Part shown: positions 47,891 to 58,554 of the stretch, one piece after another | Layout of the letters: every line of letters starts with the position of its first letter | Position numbering within the stretch: the first letter of the stretch is position 1 | From: Piedraia hortae CBS 480.64 | Lineage: Eukaryota | Assembly: GCA_010093745.1 (NCBI GenBank) | Contig: MU006000.1 | Location: forward strand, 1 to 64,000 | Length of the DNA stretch: 64,000 nt | Direction: 5' to 3' | Notes under the pieces: model-generated | What the model saw: the letters and a program-made list of their open reading frames with translations, nothing else | What the model was told of the DNA's origin: nothing | The model's database searches: none | Position numbers and translations under genes: made by a program

Positions 47891-48650
47891 ATGAATGCGT
47901 CTATACCAGCTTGTACCCCTTCCCAACTCTACGCCCGCAGGGCCTCGTACCATTGGACGCCCCTTCAGCCGATTGGGGAAGAAGAAGACGCGGCCGATAG
48001 CCTCAAAGTGTCTGGCCAGCACGCCTGCAGCTCTTCCGCCGGCGCCAGCATCAGCAGCGAACATACAGACCGCCAGGTCTTGCAACGGTCTGTCACGACC
48101 AGTACTCCCCACAGGCGGTTTCGATACGACAAGCCCCTTCCGCCTCTGCCGGTCACCCAGCCGGCAGCAAGGCCACGACACAGTTCCCCGCCAAGCAGCC
48201 CGTGGTCTACTCCCCCCAGGGGATCGAGCCTTTGGCGGAGGGCGTCGAAGAAAGACAACCAGCGTCAAGGCCGCGCAACGCTCGCCTCCGCCGAGCTGGA
48301 GTACGGCAGCGAGCCGGCACTCATGTTCGGCGCTCTTGATCCCGCCGCCAACACTCCCGAGCCGGCCACAAATCCCCCGCCGTTCTCTCTTGTCGCTCGG
48401 CTGCAGAACCAGGCTCGGGCGGCCATCACCAAAGATTTTTCTCTTTCCGCTGCAGAAGCCGGGGCCTTTACGGTATCTCTCACAGAAGGCAATGGCATCC
48501 ACGCGCAAGATTTTCAGCGCGTTCCACTCAAAGGCTAGCCAGGACGAGGCTGCCCCGCCAAGAACACATGTGGACAAGGCTAAGTTCTTTCGGGGTCACC
48601 CGGAACCTCTGCGCTCACATCCGCAGGACGGCCCGGATTTTTGCGGATAA
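47891..48650 (+). CDS. Hypothetical protein (DKPLPPLP motif); 3' part may be spliced or frameshifted
   Basis: ATG ORF 47891-48538 overlaps a second open frame to 48650; GC-rich, coding-like composition. Confidence 0.45.
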
Positions 48651-49523
48651 TCTTCTTAAGCCGGCATCTGGTCCATGATGGAGTTATGCGATATATCTGG
48701 TAGAATGTAATTTTAAGATTGTTGTGGGGTGGAAAGCGAGTGTCCAAGTGACTCAAGATGTTCTTGATGTGGTGTCATCTGCATGTAGGCTGCCTTTAGC
48801 TATACGTACACCTGGCTTTGAGCATAGTCGCCATTGTAGTCTGCTCACGCGGCTCTTGCTTGTCGTCGTTCCTCGGTCAAGTGTTGGGTTCTCTCACACG
48901 TAGCCTGCCAACAGATTTCAAGGCTCAGCAGGCGGTAGTCAGTTGGAGGGTAGCGACCACAGCGCAGCTTGGTCTTCTTCCTTGGCTCAGCGCTGTAGTC
49001 GACGGGATGAAACAAGGTTAAAGCTCCTTCCTCTTTGGGCTGCCTCCTTGTCATTGCAGAAGCTTGGCAGACCGATGCGCCCGAGCATCAGGTTTTCTGC
49101 CATTAATCTGCATTGCAATGCTTTCGCTATTTATGGCAATCCTGCACGGCCCAATTTAGCTGCTTACACCTCCTGTCTTCGGCGCAAATCGAGTCGCTCC
49201 AAGGGGTCGCAGCAGTCCCCAAACCAAGATCCCTGTTACTCTTTCTTCTGGAAGGGCGGCTAGGTCCGAGAGTCTAACCTTGTTCCAGATGCGACGCGTC
49301 GCGACTCGACATCTGTGCATTTGCTGATCGCCGGGCCATTGCTGCTGCCTACAGCCAAATGTTGAAGTAGTCCAAAAGTGCTCTGAGTACCCAGCTTTGC
49401 GTGAGATTGCCTCATTGAGGAGATCAAGATCGGAGCTGGCGGGTCATCCACCGAGGAACATTACTCGGCGTTGTGGCTGTTCAGTGCGCAAATGGACTAG
49501 ATCATACAGGAAGCTAAACGAGG

Positions 49524-50269
49524 CTAGAAGATAATACACATGTTCCGCGCTGGTCTGCGGTCATCACGACGTCTCCTTCTCCTCTCCCGCCAGTGTCTGT
49601 CAGACGACCGACCATGGACATCCCTACCGCCGCCGCGCGACACGAGCTCCCGTCGAAGGACTTGTCGAGTCACGTCCACAAATGCCTCTGTCACGTTATG
49701 GTTCCTCCTCGCACTGGTTTCGTAGTACGGGATGTTCCCCCATGCCTGGCTGACCTGGAAAGCTCTGGACCGCGATACGGCTCTGTCCTCTTCCAGATCG
49801 CATTTGTTGCCGACCAGGACAATGGGCACATTGGGATCGCCGCGTTTGATCTGAATTATTTGGTCGCGCAGCTCCATGAGCTCTTCCAGGGACGAAAGCG
49901 AGGTGATTGTAAACACGAGCAGAAAGCCCTGGGCGTCGCGCATGTATGACTCCCGTAACGAGGTGAACTGCTCGGTTCCGGCAGTGTCCATGATCTCCAA
50001 CACAACATGGCGGCCGTCGATATCAATGGCTTTGCGGTATGAATCCTCGATGGTCGGATCGTAGCTCTCGATGAAGATGCCTTGAACAAATTGGGCTGGC
50101 AGACGGAACTTTAGTAAAGTTCAAATGGCGGCGCCAGACTGCATACCAGTAAGACAGCTCTTTCCCACCCCGCCAGACCCAATGACGGCTATGCGGTAGT
50201 CCCTGCACCGTTAGACCGAGTTCCGACTGCGGATCTGAGCTGCTCTTGCCTGTGATGGGCTCGAGACAT
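49524..50269 (-). CDS. RSR1: Ras-family GTPase, Rsr1/Rap1 type (introns 50203-50249 GC-AG, 50096-50146)
   Basis: GSGGVGKS, YDPTIEDSYRK, DTAGTEQF (Thr at position 61, the Rap signature), NKCD, ETSAR, CAAX box CIIF. Confidence 0.9.
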
Positions 50270-51456
50270 GGCTCGAGAACGCCGACGAGGCGCGCGTCGA
50301 CTTCTGCTTGGTTGGAGCGGGCCGGCACGAGCCGGCAGGGAATGGTTTGTAGAATGAGCAGAAAAAATCAAAGGAAAGACGATCTAAGGAGCGAAAAAAA
50401 GTGCAAGCTTCGTGGAAACCGGGCGAAGAGAGTGGAAAAGAAGTAAAAGGTCCCCCCAACAACCCTCCCCCGGCCTGTAACAATTTGCCGTACATATTTT
50501 GCGGCGTCTCCTTCAGCATCCCCTTGGACTTTATTTTTTGGATGTCGGCCCGGCCCGGACGATCGCGGAACACCGCCGAGAGAGACGCTCGTCCCGACCC
50601 GTCGTTTCCCAGAAGTCCCCCGCGTGGCTCCGCGGCCCCATTTTTCAAACGCCACGAGGTTGACACGTTACGGCATGGATCATCTCCGCTAGGAAGCTCC
50701 TCGTCGTCTAGAAAGTTCTAATTTGAGGTAAGCTTGTGACAGATGGCAACGAAACAAGGCCGGGAAAGCGGGATTACTTCCGTGCAGATCCCTGCGGTAA
50801 CCTTGCGCCAATGTCGGGAATTTTCAATGACGACGGACCGGTCGCCTGGTAATCCTGCTCTTCGCATAAATATGGCAATTCAGCACATCATACGCGTTGG
50901 CCACGTTCAGCAAATTCAAGCGAATGCGAGGCAGATCATCATGTTCGCAAGATTTGACGCCCCAGCTGCCACTCTAGTTAATATTGCGCCTTCTGCATGA
51001 CGCGCAAAGTGCTACTCATGCAACAGTCCAGACATTCCCTGTGCGAATGTTTCACTGCCTCACAACGACTTTGCAGATCGAGTGCCGGAGATCCCTGCCC
51101 ATGATCATCCTTACACAAACCGCATCTGCATGCGCCATCCGTCTTTATCCCATACCCATTGCTTTTTCACGGGCATTATGTAACTGCAGATCACAACGAT
51201 ATGAGGCCCACGGCTTCAAGCGCATTCAACTTTTACACAAATGAATTAACCAATACAAAGTTGCATCGGGCACTGTCCTAGGCTGTGACTGGTTGGTTAT
51301 CAACCTTGGCACTGACCAATTGAAGTGTTTCCCTCAAATTCAGAGAAGGAAGCATGTGCGCTCGTTATCAGGCACATGAGCGAAGCGATTCCCCGCTTTC
51401 TGTCTGGTGAGCACTAGTTGATTACCACTACCTCAAGTGACTGAAGCGATCATATC

Positions 51457-52560
51457 ATGGGGTCGTGGTCTTTCACCCGGTTTATACGAGTCAAACATGG
51501 GGTCAGAAGACAGGACCGTCACAAGTGGGCTGCAAACTTCTGGCAGAACAACATTCCGAGAGATCATTGGGCATTTACAGGCGATCTGGAGGCAGGGAGC
51601 GCCTGCTGTTGCGAAGGAGTTGCAATCGGCAAGCCCGAGCCCAATTAGCATGGCCATCACTAATGAAAAGCAGTCCGTACAGAAGGCCATGCGGCGCATG
51701 GTCCACTTCGAGCTTTATAATGTCGACATTTGGCGAAGTATCAACGCCCTGGTCGTGAGCTTTAGCCTTTGTACCGGAACGAGACAAGTTTTGTGGCTAG
51801 CCTATCCAGGAGGAGCTTCTTCGTCGAGACATTTTGTCCAAGGAACAGCTCGCTGTTATCCGAAAGGGCATCCCAACTTGGTGCGGCCTTCGGTCTCGGC
51901 TGAACATTGTGGGGAGCGGCCCCGCGTTGTTCGAGGTTGTTCAGGCCTTCAGAGGCATGGACGGGATCCTGCCGTCTCAGTCACAACGGCGATGGCAGAG
52001 GCCGTGGCGGTTTGGGTGAGTTTCGTTGGCCGAATCAAATCCAGGCCACTTTTGCTAATTACAATACGTGCAGCGATGGAAGGCCGAACAGACCCGGACA
52101 ACGTCCTCCGCCGGCCTGAACATACACGTCTCTGCCAGTTCCGATCGCCCCTACAGTGAGCTAGGCGAAGCAGCCAGGTCGGTACTGTCAGGGCTATCGA
52201 TTTCAGAATTTCTGATGTTTTATAGGCAACGCATCCTGCAGGAAGACTTGGATGTATATGGATGGACCGAAGACGATGATGTCTTTCAGGTAACCAGGAT
52301 ATGGCTGTGTATATCAATATATACCTGGTTCCATGCCCGACTTATCGACCCGTTTAACATTCGACGAGAGTGTGGTATGAGGGCTGGGCCTACACTGCGC
52401 CGGAGTCCATAGACTTCAGGTCATCCTTCGCAAGGTGGGTGGGTTCTGGGAGAAGCAGCTCATCGCAGCGTGTTTATATCAACTCATCTTATTTGCTATA
52501 CTCATCATTCATTGTCCAAAACGATGGTATCATCCTTGCGCCGGTAATCGATTCAATATT
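51457..52560 (+). pseudogene. Fragmented unknown gene
   Basis: Overlapping short ORFs in different frames with a clear intron (gtgagt at 52016..ctaat..cag at 52073); no continuous frame found. Confidence 0.35.
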
Positions 52561-53326
52561 GAACATGTACATTCATCAGTAGTAAGTCATGGTCTTGCAG
52601 AAGGTATTGAAGAAAAGGTTGTGTCAAGGTTGCCTAGATGTTACATATTGGATGCTCTATGTACATAAAGTCTTTACATTTCAAATTTGGAGAGTGGTCC
52701 TTGTAAATGAACGCTCACATTCAGTTCAAGTGAAGACTTGAAGTCTTGGATTATCAGTCACCATTCAATCCAGATTTCACATGAGAATAGAGACGATATT
52801 ACGCAGGTACCGTACCTGTACTAGTTAAGATATCGCGTATTAAACTCAGAGTCATCTGCTTACTTTTGTGGGGCGAGTGCCAAGCTTCATCTACAAGATT
52901 AATGTACAGGTGACATCATGCTGTCTCGGACCAAGCCACGTACGGTGTATATGACTATGGAAAGTATAAAAAACCCGATTTTTCCAAGCTGGATGGGCGA
53001 AAAGGTGTGAATACTCCAGATATTCCAGACTTGCCCGCAACGATGCACTCCGAAAAAGAGTGGACGGCTCCCCTAATTTCGCGTTGAATACTGCAAACAA
53101 ACATGCACATACTGTACGCCAACCAGGTCGCATAACGTAATTGAAGCCTTAAGACGACGCGAGAGAGTATGTGTGGAGGCGTGTGTGGCCATGCACGACG
53201 CAGCACACGATCATTCGCCCCCGGGGACAAGTAGGATGCTATCTGATCACACATAGAATATATTACCCCAGCAGCTCTGTACAATCACAGCAAACGCCAT
53301 CTAAGACTAACTGAAACCGATCTTTA

Positions 53327-53525
53327 ACAACGCGCTGAGGGAGAATGTCGATCTGGAAAGGAGAATATGGTATGGCGCTCTGCGCATTCGCGACTGGCTC
53401 TTCACCCCAGTCAAGGACCCATTTTGCACAACACTCCGGTAGAGAATGTCGATCTGGATAAAAGAACACGGTAGGGCGCTCTGCGCATTCACAATCAAGT
53501 CTTCACTTCAGACAACATTTCACAT
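53327..53525. repeat. Imperfect tandem repeat, two copies, 101-bp period
   Basis: gagaatgtcgatctgga...ggta(t/g)ggcgctctgcgcattc at 53341 and 53442. Confidence 0.8.
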
Positions 53526-53718
53526 TGGACAGCAGCAGCTTTTTACTCTAGTCAGCATCTTCATATCAACTTGCCCCAAGTGAAGGTGCCATTTCATTTT
53601 CCAGGCAGAACTCTTGCCCAAACGCATTCCCCTTCAAAACTCTCTTTCCATGCCTCCAGCCATTCTCCAACCAAACTTCCCGAACCACATCTCCAACTAC
53701 AACCCAAAACACCATACC

Positions 53719-54748
53719 ATGTCACTCTTATCTTTCCCGCGGGCCGATGACAGACTCGCCTACCTTGAACGGGACGTCAATCAGCACGTCGAAGCCGTTG
53801 AAGAAATGCAGCAGCACCAAGACGAACCAACGGTGCGCATTATCCAGCAAGAGAAGCTGCTCGCTGCTGCATCAGCAGAAAAAGATGCGAGGTTTGCAGG
53901 AGTAATGAAAGAAAATGCTTTTGTTGAGAGAGGAGCTGGCTTGTGCCCAACGCGCGGGCCATGAACTTCTGCGAACAAACGAGCAGCTGTCTGCGGAGGT
54001 TGCCGAACTAAAGAACCATCTGGAGGCCGAGCGTACTGCATGCACTGGAGCGTGCCAAGTACATGAGCATCAGCAGTTGGCCACTGTCAATGCCAGGCTC
54101 AAGCGGGAATTGGCATCGATCAAACCCCTGGCTAGCATGCGGTATAGCAGGTTCAAGCGGAAGATCGCGATCCTCATGCGCCTGCTGGTCGAGGCGCGGA
54201 AGGAGGAGAGTGCCGCGCTGAAGCGCTAGCTGGAGGAGGACCGGCGTGGCACGACACCAAAAAGAAAGGATGCGGAGGAAGATATGGATGAGGTTGGTGG
54301 GCAGGTGACGCCGGATCCTTCCTCGGTGTTGGGCTCCGATAAGCAATTCCACGGTTCAGGCGAAAAGTCTTCCCCGACCTCGAAGGACTCGTGGTCTGAC
54401 GATCAGTCAGACGGTGAGTCAGACGAGGACGAGGTCATGGAGGATGCTCACTCTCTTACCCCAGATCGCCTCCCCATGGCCAACACCCAGCTCTAAGAGG
54501 AGCTGTGCTCGGCCCGTCAGATCGGCCTCAACGTCGCCGAAGAAATCCAAGACTTCAAGGACCAGATCGACACGCCAGTGTGCCAGCTGGAAGAAACCCA
54601 GCGGGCTGCGTGTGCGGGATTGTGCACCATTCCGCATCACCATCATCTGAAGCAAGAGAATCGGCACCTCCGCGAGCACCTGGTAGGGGCTCAGCAGGTC
54701 GCATTTGCCGTGGACAAGGATGTCATCAAGTCGTCACGTCCTTGTTAA
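53719..54748 (+). pseudogene. Coiled-coil gene with two CxGxC-x4-H modules; one frameshift and two in-frame stops
   Basis: Frameshift near 53915, then one frame to 54748 with TAG 54227 and TAA 54494. Modules are ACTGACQVHEH and ACAGLCTIPHH. Confidence 0.65.
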
Positions 54749-55446
54749 AGTAGTGGCATACTGAATTCTTCTCTTACCCTCCCGTAACAGAAAGAGACTT
54801 GGTACAATGCACCTACCATGCATGATTTGGCTGGGGAAATGCGAAGCTGCAAGTGCAATACCAAGGCGTCGCTTTTAATGGGTATGAAATTATGCGTGAG
54901 AAGTATTAGATGAAGACCGAGGTGTAATATTGAAGCGTTTGAGATGAGCGAGGTCAGAATGTAGACCTATAAGGAGAGAAGTAGCAGGACCTAGTGCGAA
55001 GATGCGGTAGCCGGGGAGTCAAGTATATGAACATGCTAGAGTGAGGTAGATTCAGAGGGTCTGATGTTAATACCTATCGCAGTTCACGATTTCACAGTAT
55101 AGGTACTAAGGAATCGAATGCCAAGCTTGAAGCGAACCGGGCCGCCGTTGTATCTGAGCGTATCCATTGATGTGGGGCAGCATTGGAACTCCAAGGTTTC
55201 GTTTATCAGCCCAGTGACTCGACTATCTGAGATGAGATGTCAATTCATCAGCCTAGCCAGAATTAGTGTTCCCCGAAAATGAGATTTGAAAAACATAATT
55301 GGATCTCAAAAGGAGCCACACCCTACCGCATGGGAGTTGAGAACATTCCCTGGCAGGAGTGGTAGAAAAGCAGGGAGTGTATTATCCCCTTTGCCGATTG
55401 CCGCGATTTTGCGCCATAACACCCATATAATTGACCCTTTTAGCCG

Positions 55447-57270
55447 TTAAGCAACATCCATCTTCCACTTCATGTCGTCCTTTCCATTCCGGGAGTACAA
55501 GGCGATCAAAGATCGCTTGAGCTTAAGATTCTTGTATTGAGAGTCACTCCTTTCTCTTTCCACGTCCCTCTCAGATCTATTCGAACCGCCAGGGGTTGGG
55601 AAGTTGGGCTGGGCATATTGGTGTGATCCCGCACGACCATGCTGATAGGAGGTGACCTCCCGTTGATCTCGGTCACGCTCTCTCTCCCTTTCCCTAGGAG
55701 TGGATTCTCGGTTCACTGTATCTGTGGTTTGGGCCGGGGCGGGGCGGTAGTTTTCATGATCCGCGGAGCTTGGGGCATACCTAGAATCTGTTGGATTCAA
55801 GCATCGCCGCTAGCGCGTATGCAGGGCACTTGCATAGCAAGTCAGCGATACCTCATACACTACCGGCTGCACCCTAGGTTTTTCCCTCATAGAGGTTTTC
55901 CCTCAGGGTCATGTCATATGTGACATGGTGAATGCGCCCCGCTAGTGTACGACGTGACGTCACCGGCCCACCGGAACAGAATTTTCATTCTGAACGTCCC
56001 CTTATTGAAAATAGTCAGTGACACTACCATACTGCAACTGGTATTTTGACTTACATACATCTACATCTTTCCTGTCTCTGATTCCGTCTATCGCTCCGCC
56101 CTCTTCGGGTCGCTGTGCACTCTCACCCACGAGAGCTAATATCTACAGAATCCCGTGGTGGATGCGAAGGATTCCGCGAATGCTCTCTGGGATGGTGGTC
56201 CCGATCCTGTCCGGCAAGTGAGGGGGCAGCAATATACAAATCCCTAGGAGCGGATTGCTGGGGAAAAGCAGGGGGAGTGCCGTAGGTTCCGCCAGGGTAG
56301 GCCTGTTCCGGGCGGGAAGTCATTCCGGGGGGGTAGAAAACCTGTCCTGGAGCTTGAGCGGGATGTCCTGGCGGCTGGGCGCGTTGTCCTGCAGTTTGGG
56401 CATAATGTCCTGGCGGCTGAGGATGGTATCCTGGCGGCTGGGGATTGTATCCTGGCGGATGGGGGTTGTATCCCGGCGGCTGGGGGTTGTATCCTGGCGG
56501 ATGGGGGTTGTATCCCGGCGGCTGGGGTTGGTATCCGGACGGCTGTAGCGGCTGGGCATAAGGTCCTACTGGTTGAGCGTTATATCCCGGGAGCTGGGTG
56601 CGGGATCCTGGCGGCTGGGCGAGCTGTCCTGGCGATTGTAACGGTTGGGTAGGGTGTCCTAAAGGTTGAGGGTTATATCCTGGAGGGGCCTGATATGGGT
56701 AGTTGGGCCTGTAAGATGGATCCGAGTAGGGTGACTGACGGGAAGGCCAAAACTCCTCAGGACGACCAACAACTGGCGTGACTAGAGTCTGGCAACTTCG
56801 ATCATCGAAGCGCGGTGATTCCTCCCGACGGGCGTCTATTCTCTTCTTGGAGTCATGATATGTGCTCGAACCTACGTAGTCATCGTCTACGGATAGTTAG
56901 TGGCCCAGAGCATGGGCGGTGGAGATATGACGCACTTCGTCTGCCGCGCCGCTGTTCTGCCCTCCACTTGGCAGAATCTGCACGAAGGTCCTCGACCATA
57001 GCCTAGAGGGTTAGTTTGGTGGCAGAGTACTCTGCACTGTGCATACAGATGTCAGGTTACGGTAGGCCTTGATCCAGTACCCATGGATACCCTGTCAACA
57101 TGTCAGCAAATGCCTGAACTTGCAAGAGTGCTAACCTCATATTCGCCGGTGCCAATTCCCGGGCGCACTGTCGCATCGTCTCCCAGGTATCGCTGAATGT
57201 CACCAGATATCACAATGCGGTCGATTCCTTCGCCGGGTACAAACCACTGGTGCAATTTGAACTTGGACAT
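55447..57270 (-). CDS. RfeG-like protein, interrupted by a solo LTR (introns 57092-57135, 57003-57046, 56887-56935)
   Basis: Spliced MSKFKLHQWFVPGEGIDRIVISGDIQRYLGDDATVRPG...GYWIKAYRNLTSAMVEDLRADSAKW matches the fungal RfeG N-terminal pattern. The current product would stop at 56123 inside the LTR. Confidence 0.8.
55789..56147 (+). mobile_element. Solo LTR (Ty1/copia-like), 359 bp, 5-bp TSD GAATC
   Basis: TGTTGG...CTACA; GAATC at 55784-55788 and 56148-56152; near-identical to the reverse complement of 32328-32688. Confidence 0.93.
56345..56690 (-). repeat. 21-nt coding tandem repeat encoding QPPGYNP heptads
   Basis: Repeated cagccgcc(a/g)ggatacaacccc units in the RfeG-like reading frame. 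Confidence 0.85.
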
Positions 57271-57482
57271 GCGGAAGTCCTGAGAGTGTCCGAATATGCG
57301 GGCTGCAAAAAAGTCCTGGAAACGATGATGCCCAACGTTAACGGCGTCTCCAACGACGGTCTGTGCAGAATCACGTGGAGACAAAGGATAAAGGCCAGAA
57401 AGGCTTCTTATATTTACAGTGGCGCTGCAGCCCAACGCTAGGCTCCGGGCAGCCCGACGTCGCACACGCAAGGCTGGTCGAC

Positions 57483-58483
57483 TTAGAAGCAAAACACCAT
57501 GTCCTCCCTCTTGCTTACCGGCCGCGCCTTGTCGTAGCCTAGCGTCTCGGTCGCCTTCTTCATCGCGCTCACCATTGGTGGCGGGCCGCAGACCAGGATC
57601 TGTACATCCTTGGCCGGCGCCGGCAGCTTTTCCTTGATCATCTCGGGGCTGACGAATCCCACCCCGCCTTTCCAACCCTGTGGCGGATTGTTTAGCACAT
57701 AGTACACGTCAAAATTGGCGTCTTGCTGCTCTAATTGGCGCAGCTCGTCCTGCAGCAGTATATCCTCTGGATTGACGTTGGCAAAAATAAGGTTAATCTG
57801 GGTGCGGTCGCCTCTGCTGCGTCTTCTCAGCACAGCGCGGATAATCTGCAGCATGGGAGTGATGCCCGTACCACCGGCAATCATGCCAAATGCGCGAACC
57901 ATGTTGGGCGTGTAAACCATGGCGCCCTTGGGGCCCTTGACCTTGATCGTGTCCCCAAAGTTCAGGGTAGTTAGGTGGCGGCTGATATTACCTGTCGGGT
58001 AAGACTTGATGAGCAGGTCAAAGTATCCGGGCGTGGTGTCTGAGCTGATTGGGGTGTAAGAGCGGACAACTTCTTTGCTCTCCACTGCGCCGGTCTTGGG
58101 ATCGGTGACATTGAGCACAGCCGCGACGGAAATGTGCTGGCCAATAGGCAGGCCGAGGATGCTGTTTGCTGAAGGCAGTTTGAAGCGATAGATGGCCGTG
58201 TTGTGGGATATGGCCGTCTTCTCAGCCAGAGGGAAGTTGGCATATTTGGTGGGATCCAACACCTTTTTAGGTCCTGCATCCCGCTCGTTAGCAGTGGGAC
58301 ACGGTCACGGCGCAGTTGTTGACACCCACGATTGGACACGAACTGAAAGGCTCCTAAGGCAACAGCAACAGCTACGGCAATGGGCACAAATGACGGCTTG
58401 ACGGCAGCAGACACGGCAACGAGGGCAGTCGAGGGTACATAGACACCCCAGACGAAGCGTGGGGAGGTCAATGTAGAAGCCAT
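57483..58483 (-). CDS. CBR1: NADH-cytochrome b5 reductase 1 (intron 58274-58329)
   Basis: N-terminal TM anchor, [33 protein letters not shown], ending VFCF. Confidence 0.93.
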
Positions 58484-58554
58484 TGTGGCCGGCAGAGCGA
58501 AGGACGTTCAGAAGGTGATGGAAGTGGCAGGTGGTGAACATATTTTTCTACGAG

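Noticed and set aside
1439..54748. Stop-codon reassignment or readthrough explaining the broken coiled-coil ORFs
   Set aside because: All three stop types and frameshifts occur, the stops align with different amino acids, and conserved genes use the standard code.
32328..56147. One giant 24-kb element with terminal inverted repeats carrying host genes
   Set aside because: Each repeat has its own distinct TSD and TG...CA ends, the outer flanks do not match, and no transposase or recombinase lies between them.
56345..56690. CRISPR-like array
   Set aside because: Contiguous 21-nt units without unique spacers, in frame within a eukaryotic exon; no cas genes.
56835..56860. Apparent frameshift in RfeG-like exon 4
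   Set aside because: Re-reading gives TCC AAG AAG AGA ATA GAC, an open frame.
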